From assembly GCA_013265495.1 (NCBI GenBank), contig MU058244.1:126001-186000 (forward strand): a DNA stretch of 60,000 nt, given 5' to 3'. The translations under genes and the position numbers were made by a program. This document shows positions 48,831 through 60,000 of the stretch, piece by piece; position 1 is the first letter of the stretch; the number at the start of each line of letters is the position of its first letter. Source of the DNA: Vicugna vicugna. Its lineage: Eukaryota. Under the pieces are notes generated by a model. That model did no database searches. It was not told the DNA's origin and saw only the letters and a program-made list of their open reading frames with translations.

Positions 48831-49158
48831 TGCCTGGGACCCGCTGTGAGTGGCTGGGCTGGAGGAGGCTGTGGTGGGGACCTCATTTCAGGAGACACGG
48901 TCTTCATGTTAAGAGGTGTTAGGGTGGCTCGGAGGAGTCCAGGATGTTGGGAGATGACACTGAGGGCTGGAGCAGGGAGGGACAGCAAGAAGGAGGAGGG
49001 CACATGGTGAAGGGGCCGCCTCCTAGCCCCGTGGGCTACACGCAGGAGCACAGGCGCCCCGGCAGACCCCAGGGCCCATGGCCCCTCTCCACTGTGGCCT
49101 ATGGTGAGTGTTGGTGTGTGAGTGTGGAGACTTTCCCAGACCCTGTCCCTGGAAACCC

Positions 49159-49898
49159 TGTACTGGATTGAAAGTGTCCTCCACAATATGTGTCCACCTG
49201 GCACCTCAGAAGGTGACTGTCCCCAGTGCCCCGGCCACCACGACAGAGCACGGCAGGCTGGCCAGGCAGGTAAACAGTCCACATCTCACAGTCTGGAGGC
49301 TGGACGTCCAAGATCGAGGCAGGTGCCCTGCCGGGGAGGACCCGCAGCCTGGCTCGTGGATGGTGCCTCCTCGCTGTGTCCTCACTCGGGGAAGGGGCCA
49401 GGGGCTCTCTGGGTCTCCCCTAAAAAGGCACTAATCTCATCCCGAGGGCCCCACCCTCATGACCTCATTGCCCCAGAGCCCCGCCTCCTGACACCTGCAC
49501 TTTGGGGGTTAGGATTTAACACGTGAATCTGGGAGATGTGAACACTAACCCCAAGCTGTGACCTCATTCAGAAACAGGGTCTTTGCACATGTATATCGTT
49601 ATGGACCTCAGGTGAAGTCATCCCAGATTCAGAGTGGGCCCTATGTCATGTGACAGGCATCCTGCTCAGACGAGGGACTCAGGAAGGAGATATGTCAGAA
49701 GGAGGCAGAGATTGGAGTGAGGCACGTGCACCAGGAGCCCTGAGAATGCTGGCAGCACCAGAAGCCAGGAGAGCCTGGAAAAGAGGCTGCCTCACAGCCT
49801 CAGAGGAGCCACCCTGCCAACACCTTGACTTTCAACTTCAGAATCAATTTTCCTCATTTAAGCCACCCAGCGTGTGGTCACTCCCACAGCCCTGGGAC
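49159..49898 (+). mobile_element. MLT1C-like LTR split by a nested LTR
   Basis: 5' tgtactggattgaaagtgtcctcc...cctcagaaggtgac resumes as gtgacctcattcagaaacagggtctttgcac; 3' tttaagccacccag. Confidence 0.8.
49218..49557 (-). mobile_element. MLT1A-like solo LTR nested in MLT1C, with 5-bp TSD GTGAC
   Basis: ctcacagtctggaggctggacgtccaagatcgagg...ggcactaatctcat...ccctcatgacct...gggggttaggatttaacac; GTGAC at 49213-49217 and 49558-49562. Confidence 0.8.
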
Positions 49899-50000
49899 TT
49901 TCTCAAATCCCTAATCTGCAGCCTGTCACCTCCTGTTTTCAAACATCCGGCATGTTGCTGTAATGCCTTCATTTAACACATGCTTGTTCTCCTGTGTGCC

Positions 50001-51154
50001 AGGTGCAGGGAGAAGACAGACACAGGGAGCAGACAGGTACAGGCTGCAGACAGGTATGGGATACAGACAGGCACGGGGTGCAGACAGGGGCAGGGAGCAG
50101 ACAGGTACAGGTAGCAGACAGGTACGGGGTGCAGACAGGTACAGGGAGCAGACAGGTACAGGTAGCAGACAGGTACGGGGAGCAGACAGGTACGGGGTGC
50201 AGACAGGCACGGGGAGCAGACAGGTGCAGGGAGCAGACAGGTATGGGGTGCAGACAGGTACGGGGTGCAGACAGGTGCAGGGAGCAGACAGGTACGGGGT
50301 GCAGACAGGTGCAGGGAGCAGACAGGTGCAGGGAGCAGACACGTACAGGGAGCAGACAGGTACAGGGAGCAGACAGGTGCAGGGTGCAGACAGGTGCAGG
50401 GTGCAGACAGGTGCAGGGAGCAGACAGGTACAGGTAGCAGACAGGTACGGGGAGCAGACAGGTACGGGGTGCAGACAGGCACGGGGAGCAGACAGGTACA
50501 GGGAGCAGACAGGTACGGGGTGCAGACAGGTACGGGGAGCAGACAGGCACGGGGAGCAGACAGGTGCAGGGAGCAGACAGGTACGGGGTGCAGACACGTA
50601 CAGGGAGCAGACAGGTGCAGGGAGCAGACAGGTGCAGGGTGCAGACAGGTGCAGGGAGCAGACAGGTACAGGGAGCAGACAGGTGCAGGGAGCAGACAGG
50701 TGCAGGGAGCAGACAGGTACAGGGAGCAGACAGGTGCAGGGTGCAGACAGGTGCAGGGAGCAGACAGGTACGGGGTGCAGACAGGTGCAGGGAGCAGACA
50801 GGTGCAGGGAGCAGACAGGTACAGGGAGCAGACAGGTACAGGGTGCAGACAGGTGCAGGGTGCAGACAGGTGCAGGGAGCAGACAGGTACAGGGAGCAGA
50901 CAGGTACGGGGAGCAGACAGGTACGGGGTGCAGACAGGCACGGGGAGCAGACAGGTGCAGGGAGCAGACAGGTACGGGGTGCAGACAGGTACGGGGAGCA
51001 GACAGGTGCAGGGAGCAGACAGGTGCAGGGTGCAGACAGGTGCAGGGAGCAGACAGGTACAGGGAGCAGACAGGTGCAGGGTGCAGACAGGTGCAGGGAG
51101 CAGACAGGTATGGGATGCAGACAGGTGCAGGGAGCAGACAGGCATAGGAAGCAG
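50001..51154 (+). repeat. 17-bp minisatellite (VNTR), ~68 copies, consensus AGGTRCRGGGWGCAGAC
   Basis: Directly visible. The 17-aa periodicity in the translated ORFs equals 3 units. Confidence 0.97.
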
Positions 51155-52311
51155 GGCAGAAGGTGCAGTTTTTTCCCTGGGGAGACTTGCTGCTTCAGCA
51201 GACACAGCTGGGGTCCCACCTGCTGCCCCTTGGCCCACCTCCGAGGTCACCTGCAGCCTGGTCCACGGCCCACCACCAGGCACCAATGCCCCTGAGGGCT
51301 CTCTGTGTCAGGGAGATGTGTCTGTCCCTCGGAGCAGCCTGAAGCTGCCAGGGCCTGGGCCCCGCTGGGCAGCCTGGGGCCAGCACAGACGGTGCCCAGG
51401 GTGAGCCTCCGTGGATTCCTCCCCGTGGACGGTGCTGAGGGCCGTTCCACCAGCTCCTCACAGTGACCCCACCCTGAGCTGGGCGGGGCCGGGAAGGTGG
51501 GGTGCCATTCCCAGTCTTCCTGTCTGACCCCAGAGCCCCCACCCTCCCCACCGTGCTTTCTGAGACTCCTCCCAAAGCCCCCGTGGGAAAACCTGAAGCG
51601 GGACATGGCCGTCCCATCCCAAATCTCTGCTCTCTGAGAGGATTCCCATGTCACCACCAGGATAGGATGGGGTCAGGGAGGATGGGGCCCAGGGGGAGGG
51701 AGCTGGGAGGAAGAGGCATCCTTTGGTCACCAAGCGGCCTCAGGCTTTGAGCGCCTACTGTTTGCTCAGCCTTGTGCTGGGGCGTAGCAGTGAGCCAGGT
51801 GGGACCTTTGCAGTCGAGGGGATTTGGGGGTCAGGGGCTAGTGGTCAGAGGGCTCATTGCGAGAATGTGTTCTGCTGGAAGCCAAGCTCTCTTACAAATG
51901 CACTGAATGAGAGGGGCGGACCCTGGGCTGTGGGAGGTCAGAGATGGCAGAGGAGGGGCTCAGGGCACTCAGAGGCTCAGGACTCAGGACTGCGGCCCAC
52001 GGTGGCAGGCAATTTTGGGCACCCCGTCCATGCCTGCTGCTCTGCTGGGTGCCTTAGAGCCTGCCCCTCCTTTAGACCCCCCCCGACCCCACAGCCCTCT
52101 TCTGCAGTCGGGAAAACGGGCCAAGGAGGGGCTCACCCAGCGCATGTAAAGCCAGGAGCACCCGAAGCCCAGCTGGGAGCACCCAGGGGACTCCACACAG
52201 CCCACAAGCACTCTGGACACGGCCACCCTAGCCGCCTGGATGGTGGGTCCCCGGAGGCCACCTTCCTGAGCCCTGAGAGGCATGCAGGTGAGTGACAGGC
52301 CCAGGCTCTGG

Positions 52312-52370
52312 GACTCGGGGGGTCAATTGCCCTTTCTGGGCCTCGGTTTCCTCATCTGTGGAAGGGGCTC
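52312..52370. mobile_element. MIR fragment
   Basis: ctgggcctcggtttcctcatctgtggaagggg. Confidence 0.65.
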
Positions 52371-52659
52371 ACAGTTCACTCGGAGCCGGGCTGTCCAGCC
52401 AGCCACCTCTGGAGGGCGTGGAGCCCATGTCCTGCCACGTGGGTGGGCCCCCTGGGCAGCCCCAGGGAACAGTGGGCTGCTGCGGGCCTGGGTCCCAGGT
52501 GCCCCCCGACCCTGCAGACCTGCCCAGAGTCTGGCCAGGCTCGTAGCTACCATGTCCCTCAGACACCGCCCAGAGCCCAGCCTCCCCGGCACCCAGCATC
52601 AGGAGGCCAGGAGCGCTGAATCACACGTCTGTCGGTGCCTGTGAGCTCCAGCTGCTTGC

Positions 52660-52850
52660 CGGAGCCTAATTACTTAATTTGCACTAATTCTCGTGCTATT
52701 AATAAACGCTGCCTAAAATAACATTGCCTAGAAAACGAACTTGTCTATGACACTATTTTTATCATTTTTTGAGGGAAAAAAATTAGTCACGTTGTCAGTG
52801 TTTCCAGCTGTTTCCCGTTTCTTTCCCTTTATTTGCTGTTTGGTGCTAAA
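52660..52850. promoter_or_regulatory. AT-rich motif-dense island (candidate enhancer)
   Basis: TAATTA, TAATTTGCAC, CTAATT and MEF2-consensus CTATTAATAA (52696-52705). Confidence 0.4.
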
Positions 52851-53436
52851 CTTGGAGACGGGAATTCTGGGAGACTGCCAAAGGGACAGCAGCTTCTGTT
52901 CACAAGTCAGACCGGACACCATGCCCCTCCGGCCCTCCTGTGGATGTGTCCGCCCCGGGTGTGCTGGCACCCCCGCTGCCGTGCACCTGCCCCGCTCCTG
53001 ACACAGACTGCATCCAGGGCCCAAGGGCACCCTGGCAGTGCACAGTGTCCACACGTGAGCGGTGGGCCTCCAGCCCCTGGGCCCTGCGTCAGTGTAGGTG
53101 TCTTGAGGCTCTGTCCCTGGGGGCTGCCGGGCGGCGAGGCAGGGGCCCCAGAAGTGCCAGGGCCTCGATGAACCAGGAGTGACCTTCCGTCGACCAGGAA
53201 ATCAGCATTCCAGCCCCACTGCCCCTAGTGGATCCAGAGGCCAGAGCCATGGTCTGCTTTGAACACTCCTGCTCTCAGCTCCCTCCACCCTGCTTCCTGA
53301 GACCCCCCAGATAAGCCACCAGTACTCAATTCTAGTCTTAGACTCTGCTTGTAGGAACCCAGACAAGGAGGGCACGTCTACTGACGCTTGTGAACGCGTG
53401 TGTGTGCGCGCACCTACACAGGTTAGCACAGTGCAG

Positions 53437-53625
53437 GCGGTAGGCTGGGTACGGCCCCTCCCCCAAAAGAAGACCTCTGCTTTCTAATCCCTGGAAACTG
53501 GAAGCGTCACCTGGCGTAACAAGAGGGCCTGCTCAGGTGTGGTGCAGTGAGGTTCTGAAGCGGACGGTCCTGGATTGTCTTGGGGGCCTACATGCTGCAC
53601 ATGTGCTTCGTACAAGGGAGGTGGG
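53437..53625 (+). mobile_element. MLT1D-like LTR 5' fragment
   Basis: ggtaggctg...ggcccc...ctaatccctggaa...gtcctggatt...gggggcc...aagggagg. Confidence 0.6.
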
Positions 53626-54518
53626 AGGAGAAGAGGGGTGGGACTGGGGGTCTCAGGCAGAGGGGCTCTCTAGGCAAAGGCAGGTGGCAGGAAGGAAGGT
53701 GGGGTGGGCACTTGAAGGGCACCCTCAGTGGGGGTGCCAGGCTGAGGGTCAGTGGGCCAGGCTGTGCAGAGCCAGCGGGGGCAACCCTCTGCTGGGCACC
53801 ACTTTCATTCCCGTCTCATGAAAGATGAAGGAACCATTGGCTAACATTTGAGAGAAAACCCAACGCAAATGGCCCAAAGTAACAACAGGGCTACGGGCTC
53901 CGAGCCTGGAGGGTGGGAGTAGGTGCGGGCTTCAGGACTGGTTTGATCCAGCCCTCAGCGAAGTCATCAAGCACCTGTCTTCTCAGGCCCTCTGTGGGGC
54001 TGGCACTGCCCCAGGCAGCTTTCCCCATCATGATGGAAAGGCTGTCTCGGCCCCCGTGTCCACTCCATGCTGGGCTCCCCAGGACAAGGTCTGAAGTTCC
54101 TGCCATCTTGTTGGCTGGGTATCAGGTGCCCCATCCACAGGCCAAGGTGGAGGGCTGTCCACTTGGGCCACCCCAGGGGTCATTGTAGAGGGACGTGGTG
54201 AAAACCCCCACCCCTGCCCCAGCCTGGCCCATGCCGGACAGACCCCTAGGGAAGTGTGGAAAGCGAGGATACCATGGTCACAGTGAGGTGACAAGTAGCA
54301 GGGATGACCATTGTCTGTCCCTGCAGGGTGGCAGTGAGGGGCCTCTGGGGGCCCCTGGAGCGATGTGTCTTGTCTGAGGCCAGTGACCTGGGTGTGCAGA
54401 GGGGGTCACCAGGGGCTGATTTCCCCAGGTTGAAGGACAAGTTCCAGACCAGTCCAGACCTGGCTCCCTGGTGGGAGCAACCTTGAGCTCCCTGACTCCT
54501 CCTGTTGGCTGCTCCGAG

Positions 54519-54521
<3 letters not shown>

Positions 54522-54549
<28 letters not shown>
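54522..54549 (+). repeat. (TG)n microsatellite
   Basis: Perfect TG run of 14 units. Confidence 0.95.
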
Positions 54550-56279
54550 CACGTGCACATCTCGTCTAAGGGTCCCTGTGTGCACACATGTCTGCACATG
54601 GTCCGTGTGCATCCCTGGGTGCAGACGCCCTTGTGCAGACGAGTGCCTGTGGGGGGGGCCCCGTCTACACACGTCTGCACATGTGTGAACAGGGAGACGG
54701 AGTGGCACCAGGTCCCCTGGAAACCCTCACTTGCTGCGCTCCGAGCGGTCTCCATTGTCATGTCAACCAGGTATCTCCAGCTCCATGCCCAGGGCCTCTG
54801 GAGTGCCCTGTCTCCTCACTGCTTGCAAAACCCGGCCAGACTTCCAAACCGCTAAGCAGATTTTGAGTCCCTTTTCTTAGCCGTCGAGTGAAACAAAATA
54901 AGCAAACACAAATCTGCCGATCCCAGCCTGCCTCCTCTTCTGGGGAATTCAATTTCTGAGCTTTGATCTGATACCAGGACCCAGAGGACTTGTTATTTCT
55001 GAATAATGAGCTGAATGTTTGTGCTCGGAGCCTGAACTTTTCTGGTTTGGGGAAAAATATGACTTTTCATAGAAGTTCTTTGATGCGGCCAGTGGCGCTG
55101 TCCACACAGGAATGAAAAGGCCTTTCAGAGGCCAGCGGTGGGGTGGGGGGCAGTCAGGGTGGAGGCCGCGGTGCCGGCCCTCAGGACAATGGCCTCACCG
55201 GCCTTGTGGGCAGTGTGGGCAGCAAGAGGGGTCACTGGGACCCTCTGTTCCCCTCCCCGGGGGCCTTGCACTGTCTGTGCTCCATCTGCAAGATGTCAGG
55301 GACTTGTGGGGGTCAGAGAACAGCCCCCAGGCAAGGAAGGACAAGGTATCCTGGATGAACCTCGGAGCCCACTCTGTCGTGCTGAAAGGCTCCCGCACTG
55401 CCTCCCTGGGGGCTCCTTTGGAGGAAACCCTGCCACCAGGTTAGTGCCTCAAACCAAGTTTGGGGGCCAGACCCCTGCTCTAGAGGAGGGGGCTGGAGGC
55501 CGGGCAGGCAGCCGAGGGCTGTCGCTGCAAAGGCACCTTGGGAGAGTCAGACCTGCAGGTGCACGGCCAGCTTGTGAGCCGGTGCATAAGCCAAGGCAGA
55601 GCCCCCTTGGCGGGCGCAGGGCTGGGGAAGCAGGCGCTGGCTGGGCCATAGCACCCCGAGCCCTCTCCCCGAGCCCCTCAGCTGGGCACTGTCCTCAGGT
55701 GCACCTCAGCCGTGGTGGGCCAGGCTTGGGGTCACGGGGGCCAGGCAGCTCCTGGGGTCCTCCTCAGAGCTCCAGCTGCTTCCTTCTGCCCCGGGGCCAC
55801 TGGCTTCTGCAGGACGGCCATGCTCTGCCTGGAAAATGACCGTTCCAGGTCTGGGCTGGAGTGAGCCCGACCCACCCCCAGGCACAGGTGACTTCATGCC
55901 CCGGGACGGCTGATTTCACACCTCAGATGGCGTTTCTCCGGAGAGCAGCCTAGAGCGGCCGCAGGCCTGTCCCCAGAGGTCAAGAGGCAAACATGGACCG
56001 TCATCCGCCCCGATGATGAGCTCTCGTGCAGCCTGGAAGGAACTACCCGGCTGTTCTTGGAGATTCCACCCTGAACCTTGTTCCCACCGCGTCTGCTGGC
56101 AGCCAGAGGCCAGTCAACTGAGGTTCTGCGGAGCCGGGGCTCCAACAGGCACTGGGGCACAGGGTGCCCACCGCCTTCCCCTGTTCCAGACGCAGCCCCC
56201 CGCCCTGGATTCACATCTAGGGCAGCCCGACCTGGCCTGGACCTAATGGTCACAGGCCCCGGTCCACTCGTGGGCCAGA

Positions 56280-56585
56280 GTAGGATTTGGACATGCTTAA
56301 AAAAGAAATTCAATAATTGAATTAACAGGAAATACAGTGACATGGTTCCAAACCCCAGGCAGGTCTGTAAGCAGCCAGGAGCCCAGCGGGAGAACGAATG
56401 AGGTGGAACGAGGTGGATGCATCAAGGATAGGGCGTCTGTCCTGTGTCGGTCAGGGAACCGCGCTCCCGCGACACTACTGACGGGGAGACAGCAGGCCGG
56501 GTGGACGGGGCTCCCTGTGCAGTCCTCACACTTTTTCTGTACATCTAAACATATTCTAAAATAAAAGTTTTATTTAAAGAAAAGT
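56280..56585 (+). mobile_element. Old L1 3' terminus (L1MC/MD-like)
   Basis: ctccctgtgcagtcctcacactttttctgtacatctaaacatattctaaaataaaagtttt. Confidence 0.7.
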
Positions 56586-57439
56586 TGGGTGGGGGCTGGC
56601 CACATGCTGGGGGACAGGCTGGGACCCCCGCTGTGGCAGGTGCTGGCTCTCTGGGGAGGCAGAGGCCCAGGGCATCAGCAGGCATGGTCTGAACCCAGAG
56701 GGCGGATTGGGGCGGGCCCAGCAGCCGAGGGGAGCAGTGGTCAGAGTCTGGGCGTTTTCTGAAGCTGAAAAGTGAAGCTTGAGGCCCAGTCTTGCCCGAG
56801 GAAGAGGCCAGGGCTGCACTGACCAGCGCGCGGGAGGCGGGAGCGGGTGTGAGCTGGATGGGGTTCCGTCCAGGTGTGTCCTGACTCCCGACCACCGTGC
56901 TGTCTCCCGGACCAGCGATTCCAGGTTGAGAGAGAGGGCTTGGGGTCCAAGTGGGAGCCGTGGGTGCACCCGGGGTCCCTGCTTCAGTCTGTACCCCAGC
57001 ACCACCCGCCCGACCGCAGAGCGAGTCTCCCGGGGTCCAGCCACGAGGGCCTGGCTGCGTGGGATGGCGTGAAGCTACAGCCGCCTGAGGAGAGGCCTGC
57101 AGAGGTGGGACTCCACGCCCCTCCTTGTCCTGGCCGCCACGGCAGCTCTGATGCCCCTGGCAGAGGCTCCCTGCCACCTTGTTCATCAAAGCAAAACCAG
57201 GCTCCCTGTCTCCTTACAGCTTGTATCTCATCTCACGGGCCTATTCACATGGACTTACGCCACAATTCTCTCTTGCTGGGCTCTTAGGTCATCATAAGTA
57301 AGGATGCACCGAATTCCTGTGCAGGAAACACCTCGCCCGTGCACGAAGCAGAGCCACCGGGCACTCCTGTCTCTGGTTGCTTCTGTTGACCTCTGACCCT
57401 GGCTGTGCCCCGTGCCCCTCTGCCAGTGGGAGGGTCCCT

Positions 57440-57760
57440 GTGTTGCCACAGGTTTGCTGAGACCCAGCGTGGTCCAACATTTCTCTCTGTGCCAATCTGC
57501 TAACACAATGGAATCTCCATTTCGTTCTAACTTGCATTTCTCTTGTCACGAGCGTGTCGAGCATGTTTCTATGTGTGAAAAAGCCACTTGCTTATCTGTG
57601 CTCTATTCCCAGGTTTCAGTTGGACTGCTGGCCTCTGTCTCGTGGTTTTGCAGGCGCTCTTTATGTATTTGGGAAACTAGCTCGTTTTTTCACATGATTG
57701 CTAAAACCTTTCCCCAGCTGGTTGACTATCTTCTAACTTTGCTTGCAGTATCTTAACAGT
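57440..57760 (-). mobile_element. Old L1 ORF2 3' fragment
   Basis: gccaatctg...tggaatctc...aacttgcatttctct...gagcatgttt...ctctttatgtatt. Confidence 0.7.
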
Positions 57761-60000
57761 TTCTTTAGAAACACCTGGCACATTTCTAGTCTGCTGATTC
57801 CTAGATAAATGTGCCTTTTGCCACAGCTGGAATATTTCACCTCTCTGTTGGGATGTGAAGCCAGTACTCCGGCAACAGTAAAGTCGGCCACAGCCAAGAA
57901 AATGACAGATGTTTACTGGGAGTCTCAGAGGACTCAAAATATTCTGAGTGAAGAGGACTCACTGGGTGTGGAGGGGACACGGGATTTGCTGGGAAGGACG
58001 AACAGGACACAAAAGCCCACATCAGATGGTGAGTGGTGTGTGACACCAGGTGAGCGGTTAGGACCAAGCGAATCAATCAGACGTGCTTTGTGCTCGGAGG
58101 CCAGAGCACCGGGTAAGCCCCGGGCTGGACTGGGAGGGGCCGCTGGGCACAGGACACAGCTGATTTACATTTCACATATGCTCGTGCACCTCAACACAGC
58201 ATGCATCTGAGGTAGGAAGGAACACAAGAGTAAAAACTGTTTTGGAGACAGAAGCCCCCTCCTGTTTCCACAGAGACAGGTAGCAACACAGCAGTGACTC
58301 TGCCCCGACCGAGAACCACACCTGGGCTGCCCAGAGCCTGCGACCGCAGTGGGTGGGCCCCGGGCCTCGGTCTAGCCGTGAACCAGAAGCAGGTGGGGCT
58401 GTCGCCACCCCGGGATGACACCAAATCTCACAGCGGAGCCAGGAGACCGGGGGTCAGGTTCTGGGGGGGGGGTCGCGTGGCCAGGCAGCCGCCTGGAATC
58501 CCGCCCGACCGCTCACCGTCCGGTCTGGTTGGGAGGACCCACGGAGGCCAGTCAGGGGTGGGGCTGCTGTCACTATCAGCCGAATGTATCTGCTTTGAAA
58601 TGTGTCTCTTCACACAGAAGAGAAGAGTGTAGTTGGGCTGAACTCGGCCAGATCACCCGGACTCCACCCTGGCTCTGACACGGGCGGCCGCGGGACCTTT
58701 GGCCTGATCTCTGGCCCATTCCTCCCTCAGGGGCCATCCTCCCGACTGCGTGTTGAGCGCAAGCAGTTCACGGCGAGGTGCGGGCAGGGAGCCACACGGT
58801 CTTGCTGGGGAGCAGGTGGCACCAAGTAAGGAAGTAAACATGGGAGTGTGATTACAACTGTGCGGTGAAGGACATGAGCCAGGTGCTGACGGAGGGGCAG
58901 CAGGGGGCCGAGAGGGAGGTGCCAGCTAAAGGAGAAGAGGACAGTGCAAAGGAGCCACCGTGGAGAGGGGGCGGGGCTCTGGATCCGCCAGCCAGGCCAG
59001 TCGGGTCATGTCCAGTAGAATGGTCCGCGCACGTGACTCAGCCACAGGCAAACATCTCGTGTCAAGCTCCCCGCGCTCGGATAAACCGGGAGCATTCCGG
59101 ATGCCTCACAGGCTGGCCAGTCAGAGAGGGCTGCCTGGAGTCACTGGCCTGAGAAATGACCTCAGAGCATCTTGCTTGTTACTGATTAATTTTGTTTGAT
59201 GTGGGAGTCTGCATGGAGTTTTAACAAGCACTAGCCAGGACTGTAGACCGACTGAGCCTTCCAGAATCACCAAGTGCATTTCAGGGTGTTTGCACGCCCA
59301 GCACTTCTGGGCTCGTGACTAGACGGCTGAGGAAGGAAAACCTGGGCTCCCGTTGACTCAGCCGTGAAATTAGGGATCTATCAGGGCCTGCAGTTTTCCC
59401 CCTTCAACTCCAGCCTGGAGACTTGTGTGCCTCCCACCGAGAAGTGGAGGTGTTGGCCTAGACAATGGAAAGGAAAAAACAGAGAAAAGTCCAGAGTCTC
59501 CAAAGCCAGGGGAGACCCGTGTGCCCCTGCGTCCGTCCAACCTGCTCTGAGGGAGGGGAGCTTGTGACAGGTGAGAGAACTGTGGCCCGACTGGGAAGAG
59601 GGGGTGTGGGCTGTGGGCACTGGGGGTGGGGAAGGATGGATGTTGACTGGGCAACCTTGAATACTCAAGACAGTCCAGGTGGAGCGGGGGCCACAGCATC
59701 ACAGGCCAGGTAGAGGGGAGCTTGCACGCTGGGGCAATGCATTTGGGTTTTATTTCCAAGAAACTCGAGAGCTGGAAGTGTCTTGTGGGCAGGAGGGAGG
59801 GAGGCCCACGCAGGCTTGCCTGGGGAGGAGGGGCTCCGTACCCAGAGGCGGGGTCGGGGCGGGGGGCTGGCACGCTCTCTTCTAACCGGGCACCCAGCCG
59901 GCTCCGGGCCACCTCCCCGCGCACCGTGTCCCCACCCCGTCGGCAGGGTGGGTGCTTGTGCCGTTCTCGCTTTGCAGGCTCAGTGGAGACTCGGGCAGGG

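Noticed and set aside
50001..51154. CRISPR-like array
   Set aside because: Contiguous tandem units with no unique spacers, no cas genes, and a mammalian context.
49926..51404. Long ORFs on both strands, including Cys-rich keratin-associated/metallothionein-like repeats
   Set aside because: These are translations of the 17-bp minisatellite, whose unit lacks stops and cycles through all frames; there is no codon-level constraint.
57960..58660. Possible ERV1-type LTR remnant
   Set aside because: Only a vague resemblance; I could not define termini or a TSD.
59820..60000. Possible CpG-island/promoter edge (GGGCGG-type boxes)
   Set aside because: Too short at the window boundary, and CpG density is elevated across the whole region.

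Overview
This is GC-rich mammalian genomic DNA of subtelomeric type. It is probably from a camelid, judged from a young camelid-type L1 3' end at ~11.4 kb and the absence of recognisable Alu, B1, BovB or tRNA-SINEs. I see no intact protein-coding exon, RNA gene or prokaryotic system; the long six-frame ORFs are by-products of GC content and tandem repeats. The window reads as intergenic or large-intron sequence. It contains old L1, MLT1 LTR, MIR/L2 and hAT/Mariner fossils, several simple repeats, a ~1.7 kb (GAT/GGT)n array with higher-order units, and a ~68-copy 17-bp minisatellite. The best-supported non-routine element is a 5'-truncated, poly(A)-tailed processed pseudogene at 18734-19300 flanked by an 18-bp TSD; it looks derived from RBMY rather than RBMX. 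Short motif-dense islands (homeodomain, OTX/CRX, TCF, MEF2, AP-1) suggest a cis-regulatory landscape. Repeat family names are from recall of consensus sequences, not a database search, and repeat boundaries are approximate.
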